64,000 bases of DNA, taken from NCBI GenBank assembly GCA_951406725.2, contig OX597819.1, forward strand, positions 29,698,001-29,762,000, written 5' to 3'. Source of the DNA: Octopus vulgaris. Taxonomy: Eukaryota. Made by a program: the position numbers and the translations under genes. The stretch's first letter is position 1; every line of letters begins with the position of its first letter. A model generated the notes under the pieces. It did no database searches. It saw only the letters and a program-made list of their open reading frames with translations, and had not been told where the DNA came from. Positions 56,199 through 64,000 of the stretch are shown here, one piece after another.

Positions 56199-58277
56199 AT
56201 GTGTATATATATTTTTGCAGATATATATTGGTGTAGTTCTCTACACCTGTATATATATGGTTTAAGTGTATGTGTTGTTTAAATTCTGTATGTGCGTGCA
56301 CAAAGCAATATGTATTCATATCTATTCATGGAGTGTATTTGTATGTAGGAGGATTTAGATATGTCTATCCTAATAGGGTATATTATAGGTACTTAAATGT
56401 ATATATACCTATATTTATGTATAGGTGTGTGTGTATGTATTAAAATTTTTTTTTTTTATATATATATATATATGTACATGGCTATATACATATTAAATTT
56501 ATGTTTATAAGTGTATATTTGTTACTTATATGTATATTTATGTGTAGATATATTGGTATATAAGTACGTATGTATGAGTCTATATATATAGGTTCTTGTC
56601 GGTTTATAATAAATAAGCATGTATACACCAACAAGATATATGAACTTTGTAACATTTGTTAAATCACATATTATGTTTTAAGGGGTATATAGATATAATA
56701 AAGAATAACTCCAGTTTCTTTTTTAAAAATAACCCTACATTTGTTATGGTATTTAGATGTATTATTTGCTTGGATTAAGTGTTTACAGAATTTAAGCTAT
56801 GGGCATGTATGTATACCTGTAATTCTATCTGTATGTATGTCTGTGTACGTTTATATGTATATTCATGCAGGTGTATATATGTATGTATATATATATGTGT
56901 ATATATATATTGGTGCAGTTTTCAATACCTATCTATATATTTATTGATGTTGTGTATGTGCGTGTACATATGGATGTGTATTCATTTTTTCTTATGGAGT
57001 ATATTTGTATGTTGGAGGATATATACGTATGTCTATTCTTTTAGGGTACATTTAGGTACTTGAGTGTATGTATACCTGTATATATATGTATTAAATTTAG
57101 GTTTATAGGTGTATATCTGTTACTTATATGTATATTTATGTGTAGGTATTTGGGTATAAAAGTACATATGTATGAGTCTTTGTACAAATGTTATTGTCGG
57201 TGTATACTAAAAATAAAAATAAGCATGTATACACCGATAAGATATAAATTACGTAACTTTTGATGGGTTGTGTATCGGGATTGGGGGTACATGGTTGTGG
57301 TGGTAAATGACCCCGGTTTTCTATTAATTGGTAGCCTTATATTTGTTTTGTATATGGATGTGTGGTTTGCTAGGATAGGGTTTATACAGAATTGTGGTTT
57401 GAGCAAGCTCATACTTGTAGGTGTTGATATCTGGACGGTTTCGTAGTGTTTTGGTTTTTTACGGTATATTCAGTGTAATTTTTAATTATGTATCTTCCAC
57501 AAATAACGTACTTTTTTCTTTACCCTAGTTATTATAAATGTGTTTGCTGAGTTTATATCCCTTCTGTAAGCTTTATTTGAATATTTTCCAACCTATTAAT
57601 CCTTACGTTTTCTACCCTTTTAGGCCCCTCTTTTTTGTACATTACGAATTACCCTTCCAAACCTTTTCGATGTATTAACAATTAGTATTATCTTAATTTT
57701 AATGTTTCTTAATATTATTTTAGTTATCAGTATGTATGTGTATGTATATATGTACATATATATGTACGTGGTTGTTTATGGGTATATGTATTTGTTTATA
57801 TATATGTATATATGGATATATACGTATGTAGTTATGTATGTACGCATGTTTGTGTGTATGAAAGTTTGTATTCCTGTGCTTATGTTTATCTATGTGTGCA
57901 TGTGTATGCGCGCATATATATGTGTATGTATGTAAGTGTATCTTAACCAGCCAACCGTAACTAAGACAATTGAAATTCAAAAGTGCCGACCAATCGTATT
58001 GAGCTTTAAATCTTAAACTATTTGCAAACCTGCTAATAAATATCAATCGCCGTCCGAACTTTGATTTGTATGTATGTATACGCATGCATACTTTTGGTTT
58101 TTCTATGATGTAAAGGAATATTTTTTCTTTATATATGTGTTTGTTGAGCTATAGTGTATTGTATTGTATTATATTATTATATTATTATATTATTATATTA
58201 TGCTGTTGCTGTATTCTATGTGATATTTTCCATCCACTATGTATTGTGAATGGCGGAATGCACATATTCTTTTACTT

Positions 58278-58330
<53 letters not shown>

Positions 58331-58615
58331 GATAATAATAATAATAATAATAGCCTTTTGTAACTTAATACAATGAACTCTGGACTTTGTATATGTACAC
58401 TTTCATGTGGATGTGTGTATGTATGTATATTCTAATATATTGATTTGACTAACTGTAACCTTATGTGGATGTATATTATTATGTATATACTTATATATAT
58501 GTAGGTGCATGCGTATATGCACTTATATGTATGTGTATGTATGTATATGTACTTATTCTTGTATATGTGTGTACCTTCTCTAATATTCATATTCATATTT
58601 GAATTGTACTTTATA

Positions 58616-58742
58616 ATCTCTGAAGAGGCCTTGGGATATATATATAAGTATCTCATTTATAACCACATATTACATTAACTCACCTGGCTAATATGAGCAT
58701 AATGAGATACTCTTATCTACATGGCTGAAACAGCTGCAAGAT
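58616..58742 (+). ncRNA. Hammerhead motif with a ~100-nt stem II; cleavage triplet mutated
   Basis: ATCT CTGAAGA GGCC..GGCT GAAA CAGCTG CA AGAT; agtatctcatt/aatgagatact forms an 11-bp helix inside stem II. Confidence 0.7.
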
Positions 58743-58948
58743 CCAGTTTATATTTATATTTATTTATATTTATTTATACGTATTGTACTTATGGTATTAT
58801 ATTACTCATTGATGTGTACTGTTTCGTTCTGTATTTTTGTGTTTGATTTGGATGTTCCTATGTAGTTGGTTAATAAATTATGTGAATTGGTATTATCTGG
58901 TAGTTGATGATTGATTAAAGTATATTCCTCCATTTTCTTATTTTGTAT

Positions 58949-58988
<40 letters not shown>

Positions 58989-58991
58989 AGA

Positions 58992-59041
<50 letters not shown>

Positions 59042-59179
59042 ATACAAACATATATATATATGTATATGTATATATATATGTAACGGGAAGGTTTACGAAA
59101 ATAAACAAAAGATGAAGGCAGGTGGAGTACAAACAAACAAATGTATTAGTATGGCGTTCAGGAATAGAAATAGAACAAG

Positions 59180-59217
59180 TCTTTTACGTTTCGAGCCTAC
59201 GCTCTTCGACAGAAAGA
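59180..59217 (-). ncRNA. Minimal hammerhead-like motif with a variant core
   Basis: Reverse complement: UCUUU CUGUCGA A GAGC-GUAG-GCUC GAAA CG UA AAAGA. Confidence 0.6.
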
Positions 59218-59705
59218 TACACAGAAAAGAAACAAGGAGAGAAACACATGTATATATATAGATATACATTTATATATGTATACATATATATTTAAATAGC
59301 TACTAAACCCTCCTCTTTTATATTTTTCTAACGCTGTTTCTTTGCTAAACCCTATCGACATTTTTTTAGTGGTTAGAGTAAGGGCGTCCACTTTAGTGGA
59401 TTCTCTCTCATATGTGTATTAATAATATTTACTGAATCTCAGTTTTTTATGCGCTAAACCACTGGCGTTAGTAAATTAATATACAATTTTTTCACCCTCA
59501 TTTTGATTTTAATTCTTAATTAATATGTTCTCAAACCGGCGTAAACTATTGCAGTGAATTGTTTATGCAGTATTCATTTCCGAGAATTTGGCGCGCCAGA
59601 ACGAGGGCATTTGAATATAACTATGAATATAATAGGCTGTACTGCTCGTATTTTTGACCTCGTATTAAGATATGGCGTGCAGTTGGACAAATTATATTTT
59701 TGACG

Positions 59706-59784
59706 GACTCCACTGATGACCTGCAAATTAATTGTGTAAGTAATATTGCATAATTTATTAACAGTGAAACAATTGTATGGGGTT
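59706..59784 (+). ncRNA. Type-I hammerhead ribozyme inside a 497-nt direct-repeat-bounded unit
   Basis: GACUCCA CUGAUGA C CUG..CAG U GAAA CAAUUG UA UGGGGUU; 10-bp hairpin aattgtgtaa/ttgcataatt in stem II. Confidence 0.8.
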
Positions 59785-59914
59785 AATCTATATTTTTGTT
59801 ATTTTGCATTTGTTCTGCTCGTTTACGTTCATAGTGTGCTAAGTTTTTCTTGAGAAGAATTTTTAGTGGTTAGCGTAAGGGCGTCCACTTTAGTGGATTC
59901 TCTCTCACATGTGT

Positions 59915-62900
59915 TTATTTTTTTTTCTAGTTTCAGCTCAGAGCTGCGGCCATGCTGATGCACCGCCGTTTTGTGCTACACTGTTATTACGACGAACTTC
60001 GTCTAATATGTGGCACTTGGTGAAGAATGGAGTTTGATATAGCTACTCTCATTTGCACCTCTTGCCGTGAGGTAGATTCATCTGGGACTCTTGACAGGAA
60101 GATGTCCAGCTTTGATTTAAAAACCGCTACATCTACTTTGTGCAAGTTCCTCCGACTTTTTGGGAGAATATTAAAAAGCTGTGGACCCTTGAAACCTAGG
60201 CTGTTGCAGAAGCTGGTTCTGATGCGTGATGGCATTGCTGGGATCTTTGGCACTATGAAGTGTCGTCCCGTTCTAGCATTGGTGTAGCTTACAATGCCAA
60301 AATTTGGCACAATTCCTTCCAGGATCTTCCAGACTTATATTACTTCATACCTCTCCCGTCTTCTCTCCAGGGAGTAGAGTCTTAGCTGTTTCAACCTTTC
60401 CCAGTAGCTGAGCTGTTGCAAAGAGATGATCTTCTTTGTGAATCTTCTCTGGATTGCTTCAAGGTCCGCCGTTAATTTTACACTGGTGGGTGACCATAGC
60501 TGTGAGCAGTAATCCAGGCGACTGAGGACGAATGTCCGCCAGAGGACCATCATGGTTTCCTTATCTCTGGTTCTGAATGTTCTTAGGATCCACCCAGCCA
60601 GTCGTCTGCACTTTGTCGCCATCCTGGTAATGTGCACTTGGAAAGAGGTATCATCACTCATGTCGATACCCAGGTCCCTCACAGACTTAGGCTCTGGGAT
60701 TGAAATTCCCTGTGGACCGGTGTATCCTATAAGTTTAATATTCAGTTTTGGATGCTGGTAGCGCAGGGCCTGGAATTTTTCAGAATTAAACTGCATATTA
60801 TTATCCTCAGCCCATCTGTAGATTGAGTCCAACTCCTGCTGCAGGTGTGCAACATCGCTGGGGGTTCTGTATTTTCTGCTAGACTTTCGTATTGTCTGCA
60901 TAGCTGGCCAGAGTGGCTATCCGGGCATTTGAGGGCATATCTGAGAGGGCCACTATAAAAAGCAGTGGTCCCAAGACAGTGCCCTGTGGAACACCGCTCA
61001 CTATTTGTGTGTTCATAGAGGTGGCTCCATTAACCACTACTGCCTGACTCCTATCTTTCAGGAAGTCATGCAACCACACTCCAAGTTTTCCAGCTATGCC
61101 GAGGTCACGTAGTTTGTGGCATATCATATCATGATCCACCTTGGCAAAAGCTTTTGCAAAATCAAGGTAGATTACGTCCACATTTGATTTGTTGAGTAAC
61201 TGCCTCAACACCCAGTCATAATGCTGTAAGAGCTGGGTCAGGCAGCTCCTACCTGGTCGAAAACCATGCTGGGTATCACTCAGCAAGTTATTTTCCTCAA
61301 GGAATGCGATTAGTTTCTTTCTGACTATCCGTTCCATGACTTTGCTGATGTGTGAAGTCAGAGAGATAGGCCTATAGTTTTTGGCATCTGCTCTACTTCC
61401 CCCTTTATGTATTGGGCATATTATTCCCTCCTTCAGCTTGCTTGGCAGTTTGCCATTCACAAGAAAGCTCTGGAAGAGAATCTTGAGGGGTTTTGCCAGG
61501 GCATGCGTACACGCTTTGAGGAGGATGGCTGGGAAACCATCTGGACCAGCAGCTGAGTTTGTGTCCACTTTATCTATGGCTAGTAGGACATCTTTTTCGC
61601 TAATGTCTCTACATTCTATTGTAACCGCCTCGCTGGTTATAGGTGAGGCGGCAAAGAAATCCACTGGCTCGTTCACTTGTCTGTGTTCCAACGGGGTGGT
61701 AAAGACACTTTTGAACTGGTCATTCAGCATCTCACTGATCATAGTTGGACTGTCTGTGAGGGAGCCATCCTTTTGTAGGAAGGGTCCTATCTTGTAGTGC
61801 ACTGAGACTGTTTCTTTCGCGTAATGAAAGAAGGCCTTTGGGTTTGATTTAATGTTTTTTATAACCCAGGCTTCTTTGTCTGCTTTCTCCTTCACATAGG
61901 ATTGTTGCAGCATTTTTTCGATCTCCATCAGTGTTGCTTTTAGGCGGGACGTTTCGCTACTTTTGGGATGTTGGTTGAGACGATTTGCAACCTTCGTCCG
62001 TCGTCTCATGAGGATCTTCCAGTCTCTTGGAATCTTGCTCCTATTTGTTTTGGCTTTGTGCTCTGGGACATAGTTCTGGAATACGGCTTGCACAGAAGAC
62101 ATGAAACATTCTAGTTTCATGTCAATGTCTGGTGTGGAGAGACATTCCGGCCAGTCTTCTCTGAGGATCTCTTTTTGGATCGATTTCCAATCTGCTTTGT
62201 GGAAGTTCAGATTGGAGAGATTTCGGGTGCTTCCTTTAGGCTGTATATCTCTGGTTACTTTCGGCCCAAACATAGACAGCTCTATTATGTTGTGATCCGA
62301 AACTGATGTCGGTGTCACTTTCACATCATGAATGATGTCCATATTGTTCGTGAAGCAGAGATCCAGAATGTTATTCGCCCTAGTTGACTTAAGTACACCA
62401 TGAATAAGGCATTGGTGAGGTTGAGCAGGGACTCCACCTGTACTTGCTTGCAATGATTCATTCCTGAGAGTATGTGACCTTCGGGCCATTTGACGTTGGG
62501 GAAGTTGAAATCACCCATAAGAAATATGGTCACGTGGTGTTCCAGATTCATGAGGATTTCTTTAATTCTTGTGAGGCAATCTTCAAACTTGCCTATGTGA
62601 TTTGGGGCATCCGGTGGGTAATATGTATTGCATATGACTATATTATGTTGTCTTATGTATACAATTAAGGTGTCACTTACCGAATTTGAGTATGTCATCA
62701 AGACCTGGGGTGTGAGGTCATCTCGGATGTATACAGCAACTCCACCATGGCTCCTTTCCCTTCTGTCTGTTCTCAGTATGGCATAGTTTGATATGTGTAC
62801 TTCTGCGTCATCTATATCCGGGTTGAGGTGAGTTTCCACAAGTGCTATGCACAGGGCTTGATTGCATGCAGTAAGATTTCTCAGGAAAGAAATTTTGTTT

Positions 62901-63900
62901 CTATTTTGATGCAACAGGCCCCCAATATTTAGTAAAAGTATTGGAGTGACGGCTGTGCAGGCGTTAGGGGAGGCCATCCCGTGTCTGTTGACTGTGGTGG
63001 TCTTGCATAGTGGTGGTCAGGGTTCCTTCTCTGTGCTTGGTGTAGCCAGGTTAGCTGCCGGACAATTCTTTCCGCCATGCATAAAAAAGACTCTTGCTCA
63101 GATGCTGCGTTGCGCAGAACATCTGAGGAGCGCACTTCGTTTTTGAAAGTTTTCCTGGGAGACACTTCTTGTGTTCCCTCGGTAAAGTTTTTCTCTTTGA
63201 GTCCTCTGAAGTTCTGGCGGGGTGTCGGGTGGGCGAACCGGCAGTTTTTGCCGTCCTCACCATGCCAACATTTGCCCCGCAGGTCGAACTTACAGGTTCT
63301 TCGGTGCCTTCCAGATTTCTTCTTTCCTGAAGTGTACTGGGTGGCATTGGATCCTCCATGGGGTTCTCTGCTGTTTGTGTGGTGGGTTGGGGTTTCAGCT
63401 TTGGTTGTTTTGCCTTTTCCTCCTTTTCCTCCTTTTCCCTCCTTATTTTTGTTTTCGGTCCTTCCTTTTTTCTTCTGTTTTTCTAATTTTTCATTTCTTC
63501 GTAGGACCACTGGTATAGGAGGGCTTCCGGTTTCTTCTCCCTTGGCTCCCCTATCCTTCACTACCTGGTCGTTCACCGGGGTAGGTGATCCATTTTCCTG
63601 AGGAACCCCTGGATCACAGAGACTTCCGGCTTCCTTCTCTTTTTCGTCCTCTTCATCCTCAACAGCTTTGCCACAATAATTTTCAATTATGTTGTCCAGT
63701 GTTTTGATGTGTGGTCTTTTAAGCATGTAAGACCGGATAAACTCATTTTTCTTCCGCTCTATCTGGTCAATGGTTCTATGAAAACCACTGTTTTTTTGGC
63801 GCGGCAGTGATGACGTTGTTCGGCAGATCGCCACTAGCAATCGTCCATGCTCTAAGCAGAAGATTTAACTCTTTCTTTTCCAGCTTTGGTGCCATCTTCG
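59915..63900 (-). mobile_element. Nearly full-length CR1-group LINE, frameshifted
   Basis: ORF1 62929-63840 with a CCCH finger; APE 62321-62977 (ETHL, GGVAVY, GDFN); RT 60879-62489 (NYRPISLT, QHGFRPGRSC, SGVPQG, YADN); SLERRR tail; 3' hairpin plus A-rich end. Confidence 0.93.
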
Positions 63901-64000
63901 TTTTGAGGTCCAGAGGGGGAGTAGAGGCTAGAGAGGTAATGAGGGATAGGGAGAGGTAGAGACGGAGAAATACAGAGGGGGAAATAGGGAAAGAGAGAGG

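Overview
This is a eukaryotic, AT-rich, repeat-saturated window. The SINE families and microsatellites resemble those of an octopus/cephalopod genome (inference). Most of it is decayed transposable elements: about 10 R4/Dong-type non-LTR fragments next to (AAT)n tracts (one nearly full length, 40485-44430), several L1/Tx1 copies, a CR1-group LINE (59915-63900), a Penelope-like element, a gypsy LTR element, a CRE fragment, mariner/Tc1 copies and MITEs, and tRNA-derived SINEs. Most ORFs in the track are TE remnants or microsatellite translations. Two things are not explained by the ORF track. (1) Three phase-compatible spliced exons (2324-2399, 3699-3769, 7316-7404) encode a small 6-Cys, N-glycosylated protein with a GPI-type hydrophobic C-terminus; its first coding exon was not found. 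(2) At least seven hammerhead-ribozyme motifs from several repeat families, including a U3-A8 variant in the Penelope terminal region and an apparently intact one inside a 497-nt unit bounded by 55-bp direct repeats (candidate retrozyme). Also present: a colinear segmental duplication with a near-identical patch, a Tx1 3' end embedded in (TATC)n, telomeric repeats inside an LTR, and a SINE/CR1 pair sharing a covarying 3' hairpin. TE boundaries are approximate and all identities are by-eye estimates.
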